Of a stretch of DNA of 25,438 nt, positions 1 through 7,109 are shown piece by piece (the first letter of the stretch is position 1; every line of letters begins with the position of its first letter). The stretch comes from Candidatus Heimdallarchaeota archaeon (GTDB lineage Archaea > Asgardarchaeota > Heimdallarchaeia > Heimdallarchaeales > Heimdallarchaeaceae). The stretch covers positions 1 to 25,438 of the forward strand of contig DXJF01000140.1 of the NCBI GenBank assembly GCA_019057375.1. Direction: 5' to 3'. The notes under the pieces were generated by a model that saw only the letters and a program-made list of their open reading frames with translations, was not told the DNA's origin and made no database searches. Made by a program: the position numbers and the translations under genes.

Positions 1-1102
1 CTGAACAAAACAATCCTCGGCTCATCCTCTTTCCGACATACCCTGGTCGGGATTGGGAAAATTCGTTGTCGAGAAAACTGCATTTAGAAGTATAGTCTTC
101 GGGGATGAGCTCAACCTTTATTCCCCGTTCTGCTGCTTTATACTTTAGCATGTTAATGATGCGCATATAGGGGATGGTGACAAACATTTGGGTGGCCTTC
201 TTCCAGAAATGCACCCCTTGTTTCCAGTTCTGATTGTAACCTATTATCACCTCATGAATATCTCGCTCCACCCACAATTCAACTAGATAATGGGTGAGTT
301 GGTGGATGGCATCTTTGAGTTTCTTCCTCCACTTCTCACGTAGTTGGTAGAAGGTTGTTCCATACCGTAGTTTGTTCTTTGTTTTCAGCTGCTGTTTTTG
401 CTGCAGGACATATTGTAATCTTAGTTTGGTTTGTTGTTTCAGATAATATTGCGTTATTGATTTTATTCCTTTCCCGTGATCCTTGACAACAATCGGTTGA
501 TTCCCAAGGTTATCCACAAAGGTCACAAGATTGGTCATCCCTAGATCGATTGCTCCTTTACGTTTGGGTCGCTTTTGCAATTTTGGAATGGTCTTGAGAT
601 AGACCAATTCTATCGTATACCCTACTTGTCGGGGGATGATGCGCACCTCTCGCAATTTGGTACTAGCTGTTAGTCTTGTCTTATAGTAATACCCTACTTT
701 CTTGGGTAAGACTAACCAGCTATTAACAATCCGTGCTTGTTGGTTGCTGAAGATAGCCACCACCTCCCCATCTTTAGGTTTGTAACCAGGAGGACGAGGT
801 AGAGCAAAGAACAAGTCAGGATCCTTCTTCCATTCCTTGATTGCTTGAAAGAACGCTTTCCAGTTCCTACTTAGGAGTTTCAAAGTTTGTTGAGCAGTTT
901 GAGCTGGAAGAATTTTGTAACACTCTTCTGGTTGGAGAAGGGTGTTGAGGTCATAATAGTACAGGAGCTTGTTCTGTTGGTTGAGGGAGGTTTTGAAAAG
1001 GAAATTAGCTCGATTATAGAGATTCTTAACTTGATGACAAAGCTTGCTTAAGGCTGGATGATAGGCCACTTCTATACACTCCACTCGTAAGACCTGTGCC
1101 AT
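1..1102 (-). CDS. tnpB: RNA-guided endonuclease TnpB (IS200/IS605 family, IS1341-type); 3' end truncated by the window edge
   Basis: Manual translation from ATG at 1102 gives an open frame to the window edge: MAQVLRVECIEVAYHPALSKLCHQVKNLYNRANF...RNWKAFF...PRPPGYK...KLREVRIIP...GAIDLGMTNLVT (RuvC-I Asp)...VIIGYNQNWKQ...LKYKAAERGIKVELIPEDYTSKCSFLD...GKRMSRGLF. Absent from the ORF track because there is no stop in the window. Confidence 0.93.
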   Translation of the reverse strand, partial: MAQVLRVECIEVAYHPALSKLCHQVKNLYNRANFLFKTSLNQQNKLLYYYDLNTLLQPEECYKILPAQTAQQTLKLLSRNWKAFFQAIKEWKKDPDLFFALPRPPGYKPKDGEVVAIFSNQQARIVNSWLVLPKKVGYYYKTRLTASTKLREVRIIPRQVGYTIELVYLKTIPKLQKRPKRKGAIDLGMTNLVTFVDNLGNQPIVVKDHGKGIKSITQYYLKQQTKLRLQYVLQQKQQLKTKNKLRYGTTFYQLREKWRKKLKDAIHQLTHYLVELWVERDIHEVIIGYNQNWKQGVHFWKKATQMFVTIPYMRIINMLKYKAAERGIKVELIPEDYTSKCSFLDNEFSQSRPGYVGKRMSRGLFCS

Positions 1103-1169
1103 CACTCATTCAGTTGTATTTCCCTATAAAAGCTCCAGTAATATCTAGTCTAACACATATGTTCAAGGT

Positions 1170-1208
1170 GATTTTTTGTTCATTTAACATGACTGCATGA
1201 CAAAAATC
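1170..1208. other. Imperfect inverted repeat; candidate IS left-end hairpin or terminator of the MBL gene
   Basis: GATTTTTTGTTCAT-N13-ATGACAAAAATC, lying between the MBL stop codon and the tnpB start. Confidence 0.35.
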
Positions 1209-1242
1209 TTTCATAAAAATCTTAGGTAGAAACTTATCAAAA

Positions 1243-2112
1243 TCAGTCTAAATCCGCAATGATTTTTTCCATTTCTTTAATTCCTGCTTCAATTTCAGTG
1301 CTCGCTTCAGCTTCCTTTAGAATTTCTAAAGCCTCCCTATAATATCTTTGAGCAGTGTTTTTGTCTCCTTTATCTTTGAGCAATACAGCTAGTCTAGAAA
1401 TATTTTGAAAATGTATTCCACGATGTTGTTTAGTGAAGTTCTTTCTATCGATCTTTTTGTTTTGAATAGTTTCCAAATATAGTAGATTATTTAGAATAAG
1501 AGCTTCATCAAACATAACTTCATCATGACCAGAGATGATAACTTTGGCATTTCGTGTAAGATATTCTCTCAGAGAATCGCAGTAATTTTCCAGGTTGAGG
1601 AAATTAATGTAAGGGAAGGGGGATTCAATGTTGTCAACCACAAATAATATCTTCTCCTTATGATCAAAACAAGAGGATGATTCAAGAGTATGCCCAGGAG
1701 AGTGATAGAATTCAACTCCTTCAACTTCAAAAACAATCTTCTCTTTGAACAATCTGTTCGGGGGAGTAAGTATCACTTCGCCCCTTTTATGTTCCCCATA
1801 TTTTGCTAGTAATTCTTCTCCTTCCTTTTGAAAAATCTCAGGAGACAATTCATGTGCAATAATTTCTGATTCTTTGAAAACATGATTACCCCAAACATGG
1901 TCATAATCAGCATGAGAGTTAAACACAATAAAAGGTTTGGAATGAATATCTAGGGTTCTCAAGTAATCCAATATCGCATTTACAGAGTCTGAACCAAATC
2001 CCGTATCACAAATGAAGATGTGTTCTTCGCCATTGATAACATATATGTTGAGTTTGTAAGGATCCTCGAAAGTAAAAACATAACCTCTCGAACCAACTTT
2101 TTGAACTTTCAT
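1243..2112 (-). CDS. MBL-fold metallo-hydrolase with a C-terminal TPR-like helical extension
   Basis: Motifs DTG, NSHADYDHVWGN (HxHxDH variant), SPGHT and ISGH. ATG at 2112 is preferred over the TTG at 2121. Confidence 0.85.
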   Translation of the reverse strand: MKVQKVGSRGYVFTFEDPYKLNIYVINGEEHIFICDTGFGSDSVNAILDYLRTLDIHSKPFIVFNSHADYDHVWGNHVFKESEIIAHELSPEIFQKEGEELLAKYGEHKRGEVILTPPNRLFKEKIVFEVEGVEFYHSPGHTLESSSCFDHKEKILFVVDNIESPFPYINFLNLENYCDSLREYLTRNAKVIISGHDEVMFDEALILNNLLYLETIQNKKIDRKNFTKQHRGIHFQNISRLAVLLKDKGDKNTAQRYYREALEILKEAEASTEIEAGIKEMEKIIADLD

Positions 2113-2140
2113 CTTTCTCAAAGAAGAACTATATTGAACA

Positions 2141-2163
2141 TTAATAAAAGTTAACGCACGTTA
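2141..2163 (-). promoter_or_regulatory. Putative TATA box (TTTTATTAA) of the MBL gene with an adjacent palindrome TAACG-CA-CGTTA
   Basis: TATA-like element at 2141-2149, about 30 nt upstream of ATG 2112; palindrome at 2152-2163 immediately upstream of it. Confidence 0.45.
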
Positions 2164-2164
2164 T

Positions 2165-2300
2165 GAAACTTGGTTAAACTTGCCAGAAGGCGTCTAACCG
2201 TCGTTTAAGTGGGACCCCTACACGTGCGGTGAGGGGAAGGAATCAGGAGGAAGGAGGATACCAGAAAGGGATGCAATATTTTTAGCAGCATTATCATGAG
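2165..2300 (-). ncRNA. Putative omegaRNA (reRNA) scaffold / IS right end of the large TnpB-like gene; boundaries approximate
   Basis: GC-rich hairpin CCCCTCAC-CGCAC-GTG(T)AGGGG (2215-2236) straddles the stop codon. It is followed by TTAAAC...GCC-TTCT-GGC...GTTTAA pairing ending near 2173, after which the sequence returns to AT-rich host DNA. This position is typical of TnpB guide RNAs. Confidence 0.55.
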
Positions 2301-4296
2301 TATTGACATGCTGACCACACTTCTTACAAGGAGCAACATCATACTGACCTTTTTGTCGAGCAAGAGAACCTCCACATCCATTATGAATGGCACTGGTATG
2401 ATAGGGGGTGACTGCTTCTAACTGTACGTCATACCCTAACTCTAGGGAAGCTAACCACACAGCCTTTTTGTAAATAAATAAACTATCGGGCATTGTGTAA
2501 AATGCTTTAGCTAAGGCGCTTCTGGTACCAGTGGGGTCAACAGTTAAATGCTCAATTTTGAGTATTTTTGTCTTCTTTTTCACCATCACTGCGGCAAGAA
2601 AGTGTGGAAGAAGACGAGTGATCTCACGAAGGATTCTATGACGTCGAGTATAAACGCGATTGAGTTCTCCCTTAAGTTTACAACACCCATGAGCATCATA
2701 CTCTTTTCGTTTACGGAGAAATCCTCGGTTCAGCTCATCCAGCACTTTTGTACTGAGATGCTCATAGTGTGCAGCTAAGTCCAGTAAATCTGAAGAGAGA
2801 GGGACAGGGGTGTTAAACACGACCATATATTGGCCTAAGCGGTTGATATCTAGTCCAAGGATAGAGGTTTTTTTTCCAGGAATTTGAGTAAGATACTGGT
2901 GGAGAAGTTTAGATGAATGGAAACAAGTATGACCTCCTTCTAGAACTACATCCACCCGAGGTTTGTAACTAGGTGCCTGTCCACTACATATCTGAAAAAC
3001 TTTGATGTGTGCACCATTTTGGATATACTCTATTACTTTCTTTGGAAAGAGAACTTGAGCTATTAGTCGCTGTTTTCCCTTTTGCGGAAAACAGAATTCT
3101 GTCCATCCTTGTTTTTTTACCTGATCAGTTAATTCTTGAGCATTCCCTTGACGGGTGATAACATGGTTTTTCTTCATTAATAGTTTGATTGGTAATCTTC
3201 CTTTCTTTTTACGTTTAAATGGTGGGGGAACAACATTTGCTATAGGGAGAGCCTTGACTAACTGAGGGACACTCTGCATGTACTGATCAAAGAGTGTGAA
3301 AACTACTATCAGCCTAACCACTGAAAAGAGTTTTCGGGAAGGTTTGCTTATGAAAGTAGCTAGTTGTTCTGCGACTTCTTTGAGACTTTTCCATCGAGAA
3401 GGTTGAGAACTATTGATCCATGAAGTGAGAAAAGGGACAACTGTTGATTGTTCTTTTTTCAACAGTTGGAGTTTTTTCAGAAATGCTTTCTGATTCTTAG
3501 TCAGTTGTGGTATGAGAGAAAATTCGTGCTGTTGGTAGACCAAGGCATCATCTAGAGCTTGGAGGACTTCACGCTGAGTAGAAGGTGGAAGAAGGGAGTT
3601 CACTTGTAAGTAATCGGAAGTATAAACCAGCTTATGCTCTTTCCTCCAATAAGAATCAGTTTGGAATCTAGAACTGGTAAGAAGATTGATGATATATCTC
3701 CTTTTCAGTCGCCAAAAGTTTTCTAAACTGCGTTCGGCATAGGGAGAACGACCGAAAATCAGCCATTCTATCAACTGTTGAGGATTTTTTAGCAGAAAGC
3801 TGAGTAAGCCTTGTACTTTCTTCTCCTTGTCTATTTTGCCTTTGATAGCGATGTACAACCAATGAAAAGCACTTTTTGCAATGTTAGGGCTCTTTCCCAC
3901 TTTTTTGCAGAGTTGACTGGTGAAGAATCTTTCTTTGGGATTGGTTTTGTATAGTTTCACAGCTTGTTTAATCACTTGAGGAGTGAGTAGCTGCTTCTGT
4001 TGTTCTTCTAGTGTTCTTATCCTCTGATTAATCTCTTCTCGTTGGGTTTGGTCTGCACATTTGAGCACTACTTGATAGCTTCTCATCACTCCCTTTGAAG
4101 TAGTGGGAATGAGTGTTTGTAGTTTGTTTGCTGTTTGTGTGACCACTTTGTCTCAGTATCTAATCCGCAAAATGCTATTTAAACTCGATAAAATCCCTCT
4201 TCTCAGGTGGTGCTTTTCCTCTTCGTTGTCTATGTAATCTTCTCTTCTTTGGTAAGATTGGACAAGTTTTCACCCCTCAGTAGTCTACGGTCTAAC
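2173..4296 (-). mobile_element. Non-autonomous IS200/IS605-like element carrying the large TnpB-like gene; ends inferred
   Basis: GC shift relative to flanks, structured 3' end, candidate left end just after the ferritin-like stop (TAG-TTAG|ACCG...), and no tnpA. Confidence 0.55.
2218..4146 (-). CDS. tnpB: Large TnpB/Cas12f-like RuvC protein (642 aa from GTG 4146, or 622 aa from ATG 4086)
   Basis: C-terminal ILGLDIN (RuvC-I D), KIEHL (RuvC-II E), PYHTSAIHNGC...CKKCG (Zn finger) and VNTHDNAAKNIA (RuvC-III-like). ATG 4086 is preceded by GGGAGTG and gives a TnpB-like N-terminus MRSYQVVL. Confidence 0.88.
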   Translation of the reverse strand: MVTQTANKLQTLIPTTSKGVMRSYQVVLKCADQTQREEINQRIRTLEEQQKQLLTPQVIKQAVKLYKTNPKERFFTSQLCKKVGKSPNIAKSAFHWLYIAIKGKIDKEKKVQGLLSFLLKNPQQLIEWLIFGRSPYAERSLENFWRLKRRYIINLLTSSRFQTDSYWRKEHKLVYTSDYLQVNSLLPPSTQREVLQALDDALVYQQHEFSLIPQLTKNQKAFLKKLQLLKKEQSTVVPFLTSWINSSQPSRWKSLKEVAEQLATFISKPSRKLFSVVRLIVVFTLFDQYMQSVPQLVKALPIANVVPPPFKRKKKGRLPIKLLMKKNHVITRQGNAQELTDQVKKQGWTEFCFPQKGKQRLIAQVLFPKKVIEYIQNGAHIKVFQICSGQAPSYKPRVDVVLEGGHTCFHSSKLLHQYLTQIPGKKTSILGLDINRLGQYMVVFNTPVPLSSDLLDLAAHYEHLSTKVLDELNRGFLRKRKEYDAHGCCKLKGELNRVYTRRHRILREITRLLPHFLAAVMVKKKTKILKIEHLTVDPTGTRSALAKAFYTMPDSLFIYKKAVWLASLELGYDVQLEAVTPYHTSAIHNGCGGSLARQKGQYDVAPCKKCGQHVNTHDNAAKNIASLSGILLPPDSFPSPHV

Positions 4297-4307
4297 TAGT
4301 ACTGAGG
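4275..4307. other. Inverted repeat overlapping the ferritin-like gene stop codon
   Basis: Perfect 8-bp arms CCTCAGTA (4275-4282) and TACTGAGG (4300-4307). Confidence 0.5.
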
Positions 4308-4766
4308 TATAAAATCATCCTTAATAAATTCCCAGATTTCCCCTTCATCTAATGTTTCTTTTTCAATTATCACGTTGTAAATCTTCTTTAGTAGTGCATG
4401 ATGCCTTAGTTCATCATGATAAATTGCTTGAATTACTATTTTCACTTGTTCATTTTCAACTTGTTCTAAAAGCTCTTTATATGTCTGAATTGCTTCTTGT
4501 TCAAGTTCAATATGATTTTGAATATTCTGGTGAAGTTCCTTAGAAACTGTCTCAGAGATGAAAGGTTGAGTAGATTTTTGCATTGCTAACAGAGCAGTTA
4601 GCATACTTGCATGCTTTTTTGAATCAAGTGAAATTGAGTTTATCATTTCCTTAACAAGAATATTCTTCATATCTTTAACAGAATTATCAGCTGTATTTAC
4701 AATTCTTTTTTCTAATTCAATTTGTTTCTTTAAAAATTCAGATATATCCTTAACCATTAATTTCAC
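4296..4766 (-). CDS. Ferritin-like (rubrerythrin-type four-helix) domain protein
   Basis: Two internal repeats with diiron-type motifs: IELEKR...DSKKH and IELEQE...DELRHH. Confidence 0.8.
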   Translation of the reverse strand: MKLMVKDISEFLKKQIELEKRIVNTADNSVKDMKNILVKEMINSISLDSKKHASMLTALLAMQKSTQPFISETVSKELHQNIQNHIELEQEAIQTYKELLEQVENEQVKIVIQAIYHDELRHHALLKKIYNVIIEKETLDEGEIWEFIKDDFIPQY

Positions 4767-4860
4767 CTTAGTGATACAAGTAAAAACATGATTGGTGATA
4801 TTTAATTTTTTGGAAGAGTAAGTAAAGCAAAAAAAGAGGTGTAGCTAAGAAGCTACTATC

Positions 4861-5385
4861 TTACTTGCTTAATTCTTTTTCAAAACCAAACCAATCGACT
4901 AACCAACGCTTGAGTTTCGGCCATTTGTAAACGATTAGACTATCAACGCTAAGATGTTTTGACCCTACACTTAATAGAAAAATGAATCCGATAGCAATCA
5001 TGATCCAATTAACTGAAAATGTAGATGCACTACTATGTCCGGCTGCAAAGAAGAAGATAAAATTCATAAAAATACTCCCAATTGCAGAAAAATTAACAAA
5101 AATGCCTAATATTAGAAAAGCTCCAAGAACTATTTCTCCTATCATTACAAAATATCCCAGAAGTTCTGCATTAGGAATAAATGCATTGTTAATTAAGTTT
5201 ACAAACCAAGTATGTGGATTATCTACAGTAAATCCAGGAAGAATAAATTGCATAGCTTGGGGGAAACCAGGTACTTTGTGGATTCCAGCAAAGAGCCATT
5301 CAAAACCGATTATTAATCTCAAAGCTACTAGCCAAATGGCGAGGTCTTTCCTATTCCATAATTTCTTAAAAATTTCCGTATCCAT
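4861..5385 (-). CDS. DoxX family membrane protein (DoxD/TQO-like)
   Basis: LRLIIGFEWLFAGIHK and GEIVLGAFLILGIF motifs; four hydrophobic segments. Confidence 0.8.
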   Translation of the reverse strand: MDTEIFKKLWNRKDLAIWLVALRLIIGFEWLFAGIHKVPGFPQAMQFILPGFTVDNPHTWFVNLINNAFIPNAELLGYFVMIGEIVLGAFLILGIFVNFSAIGSIFMNFIFFFAAGHSSASTFSVNWIMIAIGFIFLLSVGSKHLSVDSLIVYKWPKLKRWLVDWFGFEKELSK

Positions 5386-5512
5386 AATGACACCTAATAG
5401 CTCCCCAGAACATTGAACATTTAAGTTTCAGCGTGTTACAAAACTACACATAGGTAAAGAAATTTTTGTTAATAAAGCGAATTTATATAACTGCCCGAAT
5501 ATTTTTCATGTC

Positions 5513-6394
5513 ATGACAGATTATATAATCAAAACTTATCAAGAAGATTTTATTGAAGATCAAGTTAGAATAGGAACTGAAGTCAGTAAGAACTGGCAAT
5601 TATTTGGTCAAACTCCTGTTGATAGGCTAAAGGAAGCTTATTCTCAACCAGACTTCGATCCAGAAACAAGATTATATTGCTTCAAGGGAGAAGAAATGGT
5701 AGGTTTTCTTACAACCAGAATAGTACCTGAACAAGAAGAAGGTAAAACAATTGCTACTATTAGCCCTCCAATGGTTTTAGAAGGACATGAAGAAGCCTTT
5801 GATCTATTATTATCAGAAGGAGCTCAAACGCTAAAGAATAAAGGCGCTAAGGTTCTTAGGTTTTTTTCAAATGATACATGGGGAGAAAGTGCTAAAGTCC
5901 CTGATAAGCATGGATTCGAATTTAAGCGAGATACTGCTTATCTAGTATCTCAAAAAATGAGCGAAATAAAAACTACAGAGGTCAAGGAAGAAGTTTTACT
6001 TTATAATAAAGAACGAGATCTAGATGAACTTGTGGAAATTTTTGTAAAAGAACTTGGAATGACTGAAGAACAAGCCACCCAGAACTTTGAAGTCATTGAT
6101 ACAACAGATACAATTCTTGGTCATTTCATTATCAGAAAAGACGATAAAATCGTTGCTCGAACTTATGCACAAATCAATCCAGAACAGAATGAAGCTTATG
6201 TGGGATATATCTATGCGATTGATGATAAATATAGACAAGAACTTGTTTCCAAGATTGTTAATCAGTGTAAAGAGAAAGATATTGCAGAGCTTAAATCATT
6301 CCTATTTGGTGGAATGATGGAAAAACTAGATGACTACAAAGCCATGGGATTCAAGCAAGAAAGCAAATCAGCAATGTATGAAAAAGAGCTCTAA
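5513..6394 (+). CDS. Tandem GNAT-fold N-acetyltransferase
   Basis: Two GNAT-like halves (GEEMVGFL...; DDKIVART...KAMGFK). Confidence 0.7.
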   Translation: MTDYIIKTYQEDFIEDQVRIGTEVSKNWQLFGQTPVDRLKEAYSQPDFDPETRLYCFKGEEMVGFLTTRIVPEQEEGKTIATISPPMVLEGHEEAFDLLLSEGAQTLKNKGAKVLRFFSNDTWGESAKVPDKHGFEFKRDTAYLVSQKMSEIKTTEVKEEVLLYNKERDLDELVEIFVKELGMTEEQATQNFEVIDTTDTILGHFIIRKDDKIVARTYAQINPEQNEAYVGYIYAIDDKYRQELVSKIVNQCKEKDIAELKSFLFGGMMEKLDDYKAMGFKQESKSAMYEKEL

Positions 6395-6420
6395 TTTCTC
6401 TCCTTTCTTTTTATTCTTGT
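6395..6420 (+). terminator. Pyrimidine/oligo-T archaeal terminator after the GNAT gene
   Basis: tttctctcctttctttttattctt immediately after the stop codon. Confidence 0.45.
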
Positions 6421-6461
6421 TCCAAAAAATATTTTTAAGCTAATGTTATTCATGTATATTT

Positions 6462-7109
6462 ATGCGTAAAATTGTCAAGATACTCTTAATCATATTTTTT
6501 CTAGTAATTCTTGCTGTGGGTTCAGTGTTTCTAGCATTTTTCTGGAACAATCTCACCTTTAATCCTGGGGAGCGTTATGTTTCAGATAATCTTAATTACA
6601 TGGATGTGATTTATGAAAATCGTTCAGACAACTATGCCTTTAACGAAGGGTACAGTGAGTCTACCAGTTGCCCTTGGGGTTTTATTCATAATGGTTTAGA
6701 TTACTTCTTCTTGAATAATTCTAAAGTAATTTCAGCTTCTCCTGGTCAAGTAGAGGAGATTAGTTGGAGAGACAATGGAGAGGGAATCGAAAACAGATTT
6801 TATGTAAGCATTAGAATACGTTTCAATAAGAGCATAACTCTAGGATATAATTTTGAACCTTGGACTCAAAATCTTGCTGATAAAGATAAACAACTTGCAA
6901 TGGTATTAGTGCAAGAAGGTGATTGGGTAGAATTAGGTCAAGAAATAGCAAGATTTCTCTATGTTCAGGAAAGTGCTCATATTCATTTTGATATCGGTTT
7001 CAATAATCAACAGACTTGTCCCAAACCTTTCTTCTCAACTGAAGGATATAATGAAATAATGACTATGGTTCATATTTTCCAACCCAGTTGGGAACTTTGT
7101 TATCCCTAG
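6462..7109 (+). CDS. M23 family Zn-metallopeptidase with an N-terminal signal/TM anchor
   Basis: HNGLD (HxxxD) and HIH (HxH) Zn ligands, SASPGQV, VQEGDWVELGQEI; hydrophobic residues ~5-28. Confidence 0.75.
   Translation: MRKIVKILLIIFFLVILAVGSVFLAFFWNNLTFNPGERYVSDNLNYMDVIYENRSDNYAFNEGYSESTSCPWGFIHNGLDYFFLNNSKVISASPGQVEEISWRDNGEGIENRFYVSIRIRFNKSITLGYNFEPWTQNLADKDKQLAMVLVQEGDWVELGQEIARFLYVQESAHIHFDIGFNNQQTCPKPFFSTEGYNEIMTMVHIFQPSWELCYP

Larger units (their letters stand above)
1..1208 (-). mobile_element. Non-autonomous IS200/IS605-family (IS1341-like) element; left-end position approximate, right end outside the window
   Basis: Solo tnpB with no tnpA upstream; visibly higher GC than flanking host genes; imperfect hairpin at 1170-1208 may mark the left end. 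Confidence 0.6.

Noticed and set aside
2205-2393. 62-aa minus-strand ORF; also 2548-2778, 3668-3862, 4352-4543, 4982-5416, 6020-6238 and 6087-6317
   Set aside because: Shadow ORFs overlapping well-supported genes in other frames or strands; no motifs.
2164-4272. Possible terminal inverted repeats TGAAACTTG (2164) and CAAGTTTTCA (4263)
   Set aside because: Short and imperfect, with no target-site duplication and no DDE transposase; compatible with chance.
2160-4310. CRISPR array next to the Cas12f-sized protein
   Set aside because: No repeat-spacer periodicity on either flank; only a 7-nt duplication (CAAGTTT) is present, and there are no cas1/cas2/cas4 genes.
4296-5385. DoxX + ferritin-like + MBL as a sulfur-oxidation operon
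   Set aside because: No rhodanese, DoxA or persulfide-dioxygenase-specific features, and a terminator and promoter separate the genes.
5444-5459. CTACA-N6-TAAAG between the DoxX and GNAT genes, similar to the tandem operator
   Set aside because: Single copy with an extra mismatch and no partner site at 23 bp.
7106-7109. 4-nt overlap of convergent M23 and TPR stop codons
   Set aside because: Common in compact prokaryotic genomes.
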